Below are positions 8,392-17,165 of a stretch of 37,152 bases of DNA, in pieces. Position numbers and translations under genes: made by a program. The DNA lies in contig JBBQMA010000001.1 in NCBI GenBank assembly GCA_038328415.1, positions 1 through 37,152 on the forward strand. Reading direction: 5' to 3'. Positions within the stretch are counted from its first letter, which is position 1, and each line of letters starts with the position of its first letter. This stretch comes from Chitinophagales bacterium (lineage in GTDB: Bacteria; Bacteroidota; Bacteroidia; Chitinophagales; Saprospiraceae). The notes below the pieces were generated by a model. The model did not search any database and was not told where the DNA came from. It saw only the letters and a program-made list of their open reading frames with translations.

Positions 8392-9636
8392 TTAAAGCCC
8401 AAGTACAAAGCGAAGAGGATCTTCCAACAACTCCTTAACTTTTACAAGAAAGGTTACGGATGAACTACCATCTATGACACGATGATCGTAGGATAGTGCA
8501 AGGTACATCATCGGACGAATAACGATTTGACCATCAATAACGACAGGTCTATCCTTGATGGCATGCATCCCCAGAATTGCTGATTGAGGTTCATTTATGA
8601 TTGGTGTACTCATAAGGGAACCAAATACACCACCATTTGTAATCGTAAAGGTACCACCGCTCATCTCCTCAAGTGAAAGCTTTCCGGACCGTGCTTTGTC
8701 AGCCAGATTTTTAATGGCTAATTCAATTTCGTGAAGAGCCAAACTTTCTACGTTATGGACTGGAGGCACGACCAAACCAGCCGGGGTTGAAATAGCTATT
8801 GAAATATCCGCATAATCATGCATAACCAGATCATCACCATCAATAAATGCATTTACCTCTGGCATTTCCAGAAGCGTTTGAGCGCATGCTTTTGCAAAAA
8901 GGGACATAAATCCCAGTTTTATAACATATTTTTTAACAAATTCGTCCTGATATCTAACACGGAGTGAAAAGATAGCACTCATATCCACCTCATTGAAGGT
9001 GGTCAGCATGGCCGTATTGTTTTTGGCAGAAACCAATCTCTTGGCAATTGTGCGGCGCATGCGGGACATCTTTTCACGATGCTCTATTCGGGAGAATGCA
9101 ACCGGAGCACTCGGATTGATTGGAATGTCTATAGAATCAGCAGTTGCGGAAGGAAGCGGATTTGCCTGTAGGTCAGTGACTTTCTTTTCTACATCTTCTT
9201 TGGAGATGCGGCCTTCGCGACCGGTACCAACGACGCTTTGAGGTGCGATGGCGTGTTCCCTTAATAATTTTGCGGCAGCAGGCCCTGGATGACCTTCGGC
9301 ATACGACACAGATTTGGGTGGTTGCTCTGAAACAGAAGCAGGAGCTGGCGGCTCAGGCACTCTTTCAACAATGGGGCTTATTGATTCAGCTTGTTTGGCG
9401 CTGGTATCGAGACGAGCAATAAGGGCTCCGATCTCCAGGTCATCTCCTGCCTTTGCTATTTGGGTCAATAGGCCCGATGCTTCAACAGGATACTCAAGGG
9501 TTGCTTTATCTGATTCAAACTCGCAAATAGGCTCATCCATATTTACATAAGACCCATCCGCCTTTAACCATTGTGCAAGGGTAACTTCAGCGATTGACTC
9601 ACCAATTGAAGGCACACGTATTTCAATAATAGCCAT
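8392..9636 (-). CDS. sucB: Dihydrolipoyllysine-residue succinyltransferase, E2 of 2-oxoglutarate dehydrogenase
   Basis: It has a single N-terminal lipoyl domain with the lipoyl-lysine motif ([10 protein letters not shown]), a Pro/Ala linker and a PSBD-like segment. The catalytic C-terminus ([32 protein letters not shown]) closely resembles SucB. Confidence 0.9.
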   Translation of the reverse strand: MAIIEIRVPSIGESIAEVTLAQWLKADGSYVNMDEPICEFESDKATLEYPVEASGLLTQIAKAGDDLEIGALIARLDTSAKQAESISPIVERVPEPPAPASVSEQPPKSVSYAEGHPGPAAAKLLREHAIAPQSVVGTGREGRISKEDVEKKVTDLQANPLPSATADSIDIPINPSAPVAFSRIEHREKMSRMRRTIAKRLVSAKNNTAMLTTFNEVDMSAIFSLRVRYQDEFVKKYVIKLGFMSLFAKACAQTLLEMPEVNAFIDGDDLVMHDYADISIAISTPAGLVVPPVHNVESLALHEIELAIKNLADKARSGKLSLEEMSGGTFTITNGGVFGSLMSTPIINEPQSAILGMHAIKDRPVVIDGQIVIRPMMYLALSYDHRVIDGSSSVTFLVKVKELLEDPLRFVLGL

Positions 9637-9652
9637 AGTTTAAAATTGATTG

Positions 9653-9660
9653 CAAAAATA
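9653..9660 (-). promoter_or_regulatory. Candidate Bacteroidota sigma-A -7 box (TATTTTTG) for sucB
   Basis: This is an exact TAnnTTTG match on the minus strand, 16 nt upstream of the sucB ATG. I saw no clear -33 TTTG. Confidence 0.3.
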
Positions 9661-9713
9661 CCTGAATTCTCTCTACTGCCAGGTTCATTGGTTATAATTG
9701 GTATTGAAACGGC

Positions 9714-10622
9714 TCAGTGGCCGTCTGGTTCCACGTTTTGCCGGTTTTTTAATTTGTTTCGAAATATACTAATTTGTCCTGGCTTCTTTTTAGTTCCTTC
9801 ACTAGCTATAAACAGATCTCCCTTCTGATTGAAAGCAATGCCCTCCGGTTGTGGGAACATGGTTGGATCCAAGGCAAAGATATGCTTACAAAAACCACCA
9901 TTATTAAAAACCAATAAAACTTTGCCCCTATGGCTGAGCATATAAACTTCTCTTGTTTCCGGGTGAACGGCGATAGCGGAAGGGCCAAGAGGAAATTGAT
10001 CGGGCGTCTTCTTAAGCCAGGCCATGATGCGTTTTTTACCCGATTTATTTAGCTGCTTGCGAGCAACGGCGATAAACTGCTCTTTATCAATTCCCACCAC
10101 CTTAGAATCGAGAATACCAGTGCCAGGATCGTAATAAAGCCATCCTTTAATGGAATTATTCGTTAATAATGGATCATCCTTGACGGCAATAAGTAATTTT
10201 TTCAAAACCGGATCCCAACCTAGTCCTTCAAGGTCGACCCCTTTTCGAGAAAGAATAGGAATAGGAGTTACTTCTTCGTTAGGTCCGTTGAGCCAGAGGG
10301 ATTGAAACAGGACACCATCACTGCGTAATACGAATAAGACCGAATCTGCAACTTCAATCCCTTCAAAATCACCTTTGCCTGCCAACGGCCAGGTCTTTTT
10401 TATTTGACCCGTTTCCGGATCAATTCCAAAGACAATACCTTTTTCATCTTGTATGGCCAGTAACCATGAATCTTGATCAGCGAAACATAAGCCAGAAATC
10501 TCTTTTAATGAAACGGGCAAGGGCCACCTCAAATCTGGCATGGAAAGATCATAGGCTTGTCCGTGAGCAGGACTAAACGAGAAGAATAACAACAATACGA
10601 CTATAAAGAGGGATTTGATCAT
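9714..10622 (-). CDS. Exported beta-propeller protein, SdiA-regulated/YjiK-like
   Basis: The signal peptide is MIKSLFIVVLLLFFSFSPAHGQ. It has the EISGL motif followed by repeated D-x-x-G/EGI blocks (AIQDEKGIVFGIDPETG, GDFEGIEV, DLEGLGWD, PEGIAF), as in the YjiK family. The start overlaps the upstream stop (TAATG). Confidence 0.55.
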   Translation of the reverse strand: MIKSLFIVVLLLFFSFSPAHGQAYDLSMPDLRWPLPVSLKEISGLCFADQDSWLLAIQDEKGIVFGIDPETGQIKKTWPLAGKGDFEGIEVADSVLFVLRSDGVLFQSLWLNGPNEEVTPIPILSRKGVDLEGLGWDPVLKKLLIAVKDDPLLTNNSIKGWLYYDPGTGILDSKVVGIDKEQFIAVARKQLNKSGKKRIMAWLKKTPDQFPLGPSAIAVHPETREVYMLSHRGKVLLVFNNGGFCKHIFALDPTMFPQPEGIAFNQKGDLFIASEGTKKKPGQISIFRNKLKNRQNVEPDGH

Positions 10623-13600
10623 TAGGAAAGTTGTTTTAATCTATGCAACATTTGGATATGTGGCGTCAACTTCACACCCTTTTGGTACAAATCACGTGCT
10701 ATGATTCGCGCTTTCATGTTCTTAGTTGAAAGCCAGAGCAGATAATTAGCCTCCGCCTGAGTCCATAAATCTGAACTATCTAAACGGGCACTTTCCAGCG
10801 CTTCCAATTTTTCCTGTTCAGAAAGTAAGTGGAGCCTTAAACGCTTCCACTGACCGGTGAGCAAAGGATCTTCCCAAATGATTACATCTGGTTCAGCAAA
10901 AGACAAACATTTTTTTGCTTCTTCAAAATTCTTCTGTTTGATAAACAATGCTGCCAATTCAAGGTATGCTGTCGCTACGAGTTTCCGATTGCCTATTTCT
11001 TTAGCTACATTGAGTGCCTCGGCGATATAAATGGCTGAGGTAGGATAGTCATCCTGCCAGCAGCGTGATTGCGCAAGACCTAATAACGCTTTTATGATTC
11101 CTTTCTTGTAGCCCATAGTTCTTCCTATAGACAGCGCATTAAAAAGCAATGACTCTCCGTTTGTCCATTGACCAAGTTTAATTTCAAGACTACCCAGTAG
11201 TTCAAGGGCTATAGATTCCCCCTGTGGGTCGCCTAACTCTATGGCAAGGGCAAGATCAGTTTCAAAGTCCTTGCGAGCACTATTCCAGTCTCCGGTGTTT
11301 TGCAAAGCTAAGCCTCTAGTCCCAAGGGCTATACTCATCCAAAGTTTGTTTGAAAATGTTTGGGCGAGGTTGTAGCCCTTATGTAAATTCGTTAAGGCTT
11401 TACCATATTTGCCCATCTCATTCTGTATGACACCGAGATTAATGTAAAGTGAAATAAGTGATTGATTTTCACCTGTCTGGTGTCGAAGCATTAATTCATT
11501 AAAGACCAACTGTTCTGCTTCCTGATACCTGCCTTGATTCATTCGTATGAGTGAAAGGTTCATGACTAAACCATTATCCTTTTGATGGTCTGCCTTTAAT
11601 AGTTTAAACGTTTGAGTGATGTAGTTTTCGGCCAACACATATTCACCCTTTCTAAAATGTAAAACAGAAAGGTCCCGAGTACACCCTGCCATACCTTCAT
11701 TATTGTCCATAGATTTAAAGGTTTCATAACTGTCATTTAATACAATGGCAGCCTCCTTATATTTTCCTGAGAGTGTCAAAATATGTCCCTTAAGTGACAA
11801 TTGTTGTGCTTTGAGTAGAGGTGTTATTTTTTCGTTGAAGACGGGATCTTCCAATTCATGGAAAGCTAGTTCCCATTGACCTAGTGCAACACGTGCCGGA
11901 ATGCCATCAATAATTATGGACATTTTAACTGGTGATGTTGCTGCCAGTATGAGTGCTTTTTCAAAGAAGTCGAGTGCTTCACGATTCTGGTATTGCGACA
12001 ATGCAAACTGACCAGCTATTTGGAAATAAAATGCTGCTTGTTCAGGCAGTCCAGCCTCCTGGCAGTGAAGGGCCAACTCTGCCGCATAAATTTCCAGGTT
12101 ACGCCCGTAAAGCACTTCCATCGTTTCAATAACAAGCCTGTGGTATTTTTTAAGCTTTGAATGCATTTGTACCTCCAGGATCACTTCGCGAAGAAGACCA
12201 TGGCGGAAGAAATATATTTGATCTTCACCGGCATATACAATTTCTGCAGCTTCGGCCTTTTGCAGCATACTTTCCATTCCGTCAGCTTTGCCAACTACCA
12301 CCTTGAGAAGTTCATTGAGAAGTAATTGGTCAAAGTGTTGACCAATTACAGCCGCCAGGGTCAACATTTCTTTGACCAAAATGTCCAGTTGGTCTAATCG
12401 GGCAAGCAAAATATCTCTCAATGATCCACCTAGCTTTATGTCTTTATCGGAGGTTATGGCGAGTCCCTGCTCATTGGTTTGAATCAAGTTTTTACTCCGC
12501 AAATAATACAAAAACTGTTCGCCGTAGAATGGGTTTCCATTTGCTGCTTGTTGAAGGCTTTCAACGAGATGTGAGTCAGGGGTCTGGTGGAGTATACTCG
12601 TTGCGAGCTGCGCCATCCCTTCATTAGACAACGGAGGTAATTTCAACAATTTATGCTGATCAGGTTGTATCGCATTTAGTTCAATAATTGGTTCTCGGGT
12701 TGTGATAAGGAGTTCAATGACCTGTCGATTAACCAGCCTTATTAAGAGTTCGCGGGAAGCATAATCCAGATCAGGCCAATGTTCAATCCAAATTCCTACA
12801 GGCTGATTGAACGTCTTTTGTTGGAGAAGGCCTTCATGAATATTGGTTATTTGGTCAAAACGTTCTTTAATAGGCAAATCAGTATTTGATCGAATACGTT
12901 CTAAATTATCTAATGCTAAAATTATACGTTCCTTACCGGACTGGCTCGCATTGTTTCGCCAAGCTATTTCAAGATCTTCAAAGGGTGCCGTGCGCATCTG
13001 ATGTGCATCCACGTTTAGCCAAAAAAAATGATGCGCCATCAATTGAGTCAGCTTCCGGGCCGTAAATGACTTTCCTACACCAGGCTCACCCGTTATTTCA
13101 AGGCAAGTTCCACGGGAAGACAAATACATATCCCGAAACGGGAAAAGAAACGCTGGTGAGCGATAATAGCAATCATCCTTATCAGAGGGTATCTGAAAAG
13201 AATGTAGGGAATAGATTTGAACTGGTTCAGCAAAACCTTTTGCCTTGATTAAACCTAGGTCTTCCTTAACCATAGAATACTGAGATATGGTGAGTTCATC
13301 TGAGCGAATCTCGCCATATGCAGCATTTAAAGCAAAGCGGGCGGCCAGATTGATGGACCTTCCAGCCACAATATATTGGCGGCGGTGATCATCACCTGCT
13401 ATACCACAAAATGCAGGGCCCGACGAGATCCCAAATCGCAATGAAAGATTTGACGGTGCAAAATGGTCCCTGATTGCGAAAGCCGAGTCGATAGTGGCTT
13501 TGCGGGAGTCACCCATATTAACCGGTGCCCCAAAAAAGGCAACGAATAACCCACCTTTATCTGTAAAATCAACTTCTTTGAAATAGCCATCCCGGCGTTC

Positions 13601-14350
13601 GATCTCTGCACAAGAAAACCCCAGGAATTCATCTAAGGCAATTTTGTCCAAATCGCCAGGGAAAGAAATAAAAAGACTAGTGACGGTCCGGAATTCGCCA
13701 CTATGGAACCGACCACTTAGGGAATCGGGATAAAACAAGTGAGCATTTGGGGTTGGGATTGGTTTAGCATTAGAAACATAAGACGATACAATCGGTGTCA
13801 ATCGAAAATAACCATCTTCCGGGAGTGCCTCATACGTAGAAGTTTCCGTCAGATCGGCGATGGCTTGCGAAATACAAATTTCATTCGGACCTGCATGCTC
13901 TTCTGAGCCAACTGCATCCGCAATGCCAGCACCACGTATATACCACCTGCGGGGATGATCCCTTGTAATATGCCATTCCAGACTACCTGCCCCAATGCCT
14001 ATCCGAAGCGGAATATCAATAGCAAGTTGAAGAAGTTTTTGCCGAATTTCATTAGCGGCATGAATAGCCTGGTCAATTCTATTTTTCCCAAAAAAAACCC
14101 CGGTAAACGCATCTCCAGCAAAGTAGGGGATGAATCCATCTCTAGTATGAATAGATGCTGAAGCTGCACAAAACACATCATTCAACATTCCGGAAAGTAA
14201 TTCGGCACCTACATTGCCCTTTGATAGCAACTTTTCGGTGTACCCGGTAAACCCCTGAAGATCAGCAAAAATGATGACCGCCTGCAAGAGGCCATCATGG
14301 TTATCCTGCGCAATTTGTTGATCAATAAAATTTGGAATAAATCCTTGCAC
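10622..14350 (-). CDS. Multidomain signalling protein: two tandem class III adenylate/guanylate cyclase-homology domains + STAND/AAA_16 P-loop NTPase + TPR repeats
   Basis: CHD1 spans about aa 22-165 (IIFADLQGFT, YFAGDAF, LRIGIGAGS). CHD2 spans about aa 219-385 (LFISFPGD, FFGAP, LRFGISSGPAFCG, GRSINLAARF). Walker A is GEPGVGKS at aa 421-428 (nt 13067-13090), and Walker B-like is RIILALDNLE. The C-terminal half has many TPR signatures (YQNREALDFFEKAL, GKYKEAAIVL, GRYQEAEQLV, GKYGKALTNL, GDWNSARKDF, KNFEEAKKCL). The start is GTG at 14350, and no in-frame ATG lies before the first cyclase core. Confidence 0.85.
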   Translation of the reverse strand: MQGFIPNFIDQQIAQDNHDGLLQAVIIFADLQGFTGYTEKLLSKGNVGAELLSGMLNDVFCAASASIHTRDGFIPYFAGDAFTGVFFGKNRIDQAIHAANEIRQKLLQLAIDIPLRIGIGAGSLEWHITRDHPRRWYIRGAGIADAVGSEEHAGPNEICISQAIADLTETSTYEALPEDGYFRLTPIVSSYVSNAKPIPTPNAHLFYPDSLSGRFHSGEFRTVTSLFISFPGDLDKIALDEFLGFSCAEIERRDGYFKEVDFTDKGGLFVAFFGAPVNMGDSRKATIDSAFAIRDHFAPSNLSLRFGISSGPAFCGIAGDDHRRQYIVAGRSINLAARFALNAAYGEIRSDELTISQYSMVKEDLGLIKAKGFAEPVQIYSLHSFQIPSDKDDCYYRSPAFLFPFRDMYLSSRGTCLEITGEPGVGKSFTARKLTQLMAHHFFWLNVDAHQMRTAPFEDLEIAWRNNASQSGKERIILALDNLERIRSNTDLPIKERFDQITNIHEGLLQQKTFNQPVGIWIEHWPDLDYASRELLIRLVNRQVIELLITTREPIIELNAIQPDQHKLLKLPPLSNEGMAQLATSILHQTPDSHLVESLQQAANGNPFYGEQFLYYLRSKNLIQTNEQGLAITSDKDIKLGGSLRDILLARLDQLDILVKEMLTLAAVIGQHFDQLLLNELLKVVVGKADGMESMLQKAEAAEIVYAGEDQIYFFRHGLLREVILEVQMHSKLKKYHRLVIETMEVLYGRNLEIYAAELALHCQEAGLPEQAAFYFQIAGQFALSQYQNREALDFFEKALILAATSPVKMSIIIDGIPARVALGQWELAFHELEDPVFNEKITPLLKAQQLSLKGHILTLSGKYKEAAIVLNDSYETFKSMDNNEGMAGCTRDLSVLHFRKGEYVLAENYITQTFKLLKADHQKDNGLVMNLSLIRMNQGRYQEAEQLVFNELMLRHQTGENQSLISLYINLGVIQNEMGKYGKALTNLHKGYNLAQTFSNKLWMSIALGTRGLALQNTGDWNSARKDFETDLALAIELGDPQGESIALELLGSLEIKLGQWTNGESLLFNALSIGRTMGYKKGIIKALLGLAQSRCWQDDYPTSAIYIAEALNVAKEIGNRKLVATAYLELAALFIKQKNFEEAKKCLSFAEPDVIIWEDPLLTGQWKRLRLHLLSEQEKLEALESARLDSSDLWTQAEANYLLWLSTKNMKARIIARDLYQKGVKLTPHIQMLHRLKQLS

Positions 14351-14529
14351 GCGGTGAAAATAGGTTTTCTTCTCCGTTGGTATGTTTATTCAGCTATCCA
14401 AACGTGATCTTACGTCTTCTTATAGCGAAAGTCAACATTAAAAAAAGTGAATTCCAATTTCAAGACCATCGTTTTGAAAAAAACGTATCTACTTTGTATC
14501 GTTTGGGCGGCTAGCTCTGAAGAATAAAA

Positions 14530-15264
14530 TTAGTTGACGGCGCAAATCCTACGAACTACTTTATAGATCCGTGTGTATTCGTTGATTTCTTCTTCAAACG
14601 GATCATGCTCCAGATGGTTGGCTGATATCAGACGCAACTGACGGATACGCCCTTTTCGATCAGGTATTTTCTGAACATATTTTACCCAAATCGCTCCATT
14701 TGATTTAACGGCATAAATATCGTTGTCCCTGATTTTTTCAACTGAATCTAGGGACTTACAAATAACGATGTCATCATCATTGATTACTGGTTCCATGCTA
14801 TTTCCCTTTATGGGAAAGGAAACAAAGTCTTTGCCTGCCAACCCAGGGATATGAAAAAAATCAAGGTCCTCTTTATCGAAGCTATCAGCTCCAATTGTCG
14901 ATCCGGCAAAAGCCTGCGTTGTTGTGAAAAGGATATTGTTTGAGGTATTTCGTAATGGCTGGGCGGATTGATACCCAGGTTCAATACCAAACGGGGACCC
15001 TTTCCCATAGAGCATCCAATTCTGATTAACACCAAATTCTTTACAGAGTATTTGGGCGTGGTGGTAATCTATGACCCTTCGGTCATCGCGATTCAAAAAT
15101 GCGCGAATGATATGTCCGTATGTTCTATTACCCAGGATCTGCTCGGCAAAATCCCCCATCCCTCTTCCATCGCGGTCGTTTTTCACTATGACGCCTCTGG
15201 CTTCAAGAATGTCAAATACTTTAATAAACCGCTCATTGAGCTTTATTCGATCCTTAGTAATCAT
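14530..15264 (-). CDS. CI/LexA-type repressor: N-terminal phage-CI-like DNA-binding domain + C-terminal S24 autopeptidase
   Basis: The C-terminal S24 core is IKGNSMEP with Ser156, and a Lys lies in AIWVKYV (Lys195). Ala-Gly dipeptides occur in the linker (QAFAGS at aa 120-121; GLAGK). The N-terminal 90 aa resemble the phage CI repressor HTH family (FAEQILGNRTYGHIIRAF...NQNWMLYGKG). Confidence 0.8.
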   Translation of the reverse strand: MITKDRIKLNERFIKVFDILEARGVIVKNDRDGRGMGDFAEQILGNRTYGHIIRAFLNRDDRRVIDYHHAQILCKEFGVNQNWMLYGKGSPFGIEPGYQSAQPLRNTSNNILFTTTQAFAGSTIGADSFDKEDLDFFHIPGLAGKDFVSFPIKGNSMEPVINDDDIVICKSLDSVEKIRDNDIYAVKSNGAIWVKYVQKIPDRKGRIRQLRLISANHLEHDPFEEEINEYTRIYKVVRRICAVN

Positions 15265-15301
15265 AGCCGGTTATTTTAAAACAAAATCAGGTTTCCAGCT
15301 A

Positions 15302-15309
15302 CAAATATA
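15302..15309 (-). promoter_or_regulatory. Candidate -7 box (TATATTTG) for the S24 repressor gene
   Basis: This is an exact TAnnTTTG match on the minus strand, 37 nt upstream of the ATG. A minus-strand TTTG at 15327-15330 could be the -33 element, but its 17-nt spacer is shorter than the usual 19-21. Confidence 0.3.
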
Positions 15310-15569
15310 AAACATTTATTTTTAAACAAAGCGTTTGGTTTATAAAAAACCAACATATGTACTTGTTGTCATCGTTTTGGCGAGTGATAGAATTTAAGCA
15401 GGAAGACAAAAGCTTACTCTTTTGGCCTAACACAACTGATCGTTGATCTTAAGTATGCCAAAAGAATGGTCCATTTATACATTGTCAATCAACAATACAA
15501 AACAGACCGCATCAAATACCCTCGAGAAAGCTGTCCGTGGATGGTTGAAGCAAAACCTATGATACGGAT

Positions 15570-17141
15570 TTATCGGATATGCACCAACGCATGTGTAAGT
15601 TGTCTGGAAGGCGTACGTAAGTGTGCGAAATAATTTCCTGGAGGAAGATTACTGCCATCCAGGGTAACTTCAAATCGTCCAATTTCTAGATAGCGGTCTA
15701 TCAAGACTTTTAATTCATAACCGGAGGAATTGAACACACTAAGGTAGATACGTTCGCCATTGCTTGAAAACGTAATTCTGGTGCTGCCGGAGAATGGATT
15801 TGGAGCGTTGGTCAATTCATTATTCACCTGAAGTGAGCCACCATTTTGATCAGTTGAGGTTGTTTCGCAACCTTCAATGACCGCTATCTCTGAAAAATCA
15901 CTATACAGCAATGTTTGAACATCCTCTAAGGGTAATTCAAACCATTGTTTAAGTAAAGACCCATAAACAGACCGGAAATCAAACTGCATGGCCACCCCTT
16001 CTTGTTCATCAACGGTGTCATTGATGGTAGGATTATTACCTAAGATGCCCGGCTTGACACAAGAACCAAATATGAAAAGAGGTGCAGCAGAACCGTGGTC
16101 AGTGCCATTAGCACCGTTAGAACGAATCCGTCGACCAAATTCGGAAAAAGTCATTCCGACAACGCGTTGATCCAGCTTTTGCAAAATTAAATCATTTTGG
16201 AATAGACCAATAGCTTCAGATAGGGTAGCCATGAGATTAGCATGTCCGCCAGTTGTTGTGTCCGTGGTGTCGACTTGGTTGGCATGTGTATCAAATCCAC
16301 CAAGACTGGCTACATAAATACGTGTCTTTAAGCCACCTGAAATGAGAAGTGCGATGGTTTTTAGCTGTTGGGCAAGCCGGTTGGTTGCAGGGTAGGTAAC
16401 CAGATTGGTTCCTTTAGTTGCTGCTTCAGTTATGACGGTTCCATAGGCATTTGTCTGTGCTATTGCTGTTCGTACAAAATTTACTTCTTTGCCATAACAG
16501 ACTGTTGGATCTGTATTGTTATCGTCATCTTCCAAAAGCGGTGATATACCAAAAGGGTCCTCCAGCGCCAATGAATAGTTGGCAGCAAATCCCTGACAAG
16601 TTTCGGAAATGATTGAACCAACAGTTATAGCGAATGGATCTGGATACTGGGTATTGGGATATCCTTCAGGATAATCCATAACATAGGAGTCAAAAAATCG
16701 TCCTGCCCATCCGGTGTTTATCACTTCATTGGCGGCAGAGCCAGTTTGCCAAATATCAGTTGAACGAAAGTGGGAGCGGTTTTGGTCCGGGTAGCCTACA
16801 TTTTGAATAACGCTAAGTTTACCCTCATCAAAACTTGTTTTAAGATGGGTCATCGAAGGATGCAGGCCTGTTTCCAGCGAAAGTTTTAATGCTTGATTTT
16901 CAGGTATCAGAATATTCTCCCTTGCTGTAAATAAGTTGCTGTATTGATCAAGAGGAAGCACCATATTCAATCCATCATTACCTCCATTAAGCTGGATAAG
17001 GACAAGTACCCGGTCTGAGTTCTGGTTCATCCCATTAAAAAGTGCATGGCGAGAAATGGCAGACAACTTGTTGCCATGAAGGAGAAGGGGCAGCGAAAAT
17101 GAGGCCGCAGCAGTATTTTTTAGGAAAGTTCTTCTTTTCAT
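15570..17141 (-). CDS. DUF1501 family protein (sulfatase/phosphatase-like fold) with Tat signal and T9SS C-terminal sorting domain
   Basis: It has a twin-arginine motif (KRRTFLKNTAAAS) and the DUF1501 blocks LNGGNDGLN, GGFDTHANQ and FSEFGRRIRSNGANGTDHG. The last 80 aa or so (NAPNPFSGSTRITF...LSVFNSSGYELKVL...LPPGNYFAHL) match the type A Por/T9SS CTD pattern. Confidence 0.85.
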   Translation of the reverse strand: MKRRTFLKNTAAASFSLPLLLHGNKLSAISRHALFNGMNQNSDRVLVLIQLNGGNDGLNMVLPLDQYSNLFTARENILIPENQALKLSLETGLHPSMTHLKTSFDEGKLSVIQNVGYPDQNRSHFRSTDIWQTGSAANEVINTGWAGRFFDSYVMDYPEGYPNTQYPDPFAITVGSIISETCQGFAANYSLALEDPFGISPLLEDDDNNTDPTVCYGKEVNFVRTAIAQTNAYGTVITEAATKGTNLVTYPATNRLAQQLKTIALLISGGLKTRIYVASLGGFDTHANQVDTTDTTTGGHANLMATLSEAIGLFQNDLILQKLDQRVVGMTFSEFGRRIRSNGANGTDHGSAAPLFIFGSCVKPGILGNNPTINDTVDEQEGVAMQFDFRSVYGSLLKQWFELPLEDVQTLLYSDFSEIAVIEGCETTSTDQNGGSLQVNNELTNAPNPFSGSTRITFSSNGERIYLSVFNSSGYELKVLIDRYLEIGRFEVTLDGSNLPPGNYFAHLRTPSRQLTHALVHIR

Positions 17142-17165
17142 GAGTGGGTTATTTTTACAGATTGA

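Noticed and set aside
14470-14485. The palindrome CGTTTTGAAAAAAACG lies between the S24 gene and the cyclase gene and could be a terminator or operator.
   Set aside because: The stem is 6 bp and four of those pairs are A-T. No U-tract follows on the minus (transcribed) strand, and no second copy exists elsewhere. It is too weak to annotate.
9714-15264. I considered labelling the repressor/cyclase-STAND/propeller block as a known cyclic-nucleotide defence system (Pycsar-, CBASS- or Avs-like).
   Set aside because: No recognisable cNMP-binding effector is present (no CARF/SAVED, TIR, patatin, or TM effector with a cNMP-binding domain). There is no CD-NTase and no nuclease, and the partner protein is exported. 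The architecture is only analogous, so I report it as an open hypothesis rather than a classified system.
15455-15562. A 35-aa ATG-initiated ORF (MPKEWSIYTLSINNTKQTASNTLEKAVRGWLKQNL) lies in the long intergenic region upstream of the S24 repressor gene. It could be a cro-like or toxin-like small gene.
   Set aside because: It has no recognisable HTH or hydrophobic segment and no convincing upstream promoter box. It runs head-on into the end of the DUF1501 gene. The evidence is too weak to call.
14530-15569. I considered whether this is a prophage or integrative-element immunity region, because of the CI-like S24 repressor.
   Set aside because: No integrase, excisionase, cro/antirepressor, phage structural or replication genes are visible. 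There are no flanking direct repeats or tRNA anywhere in the window.
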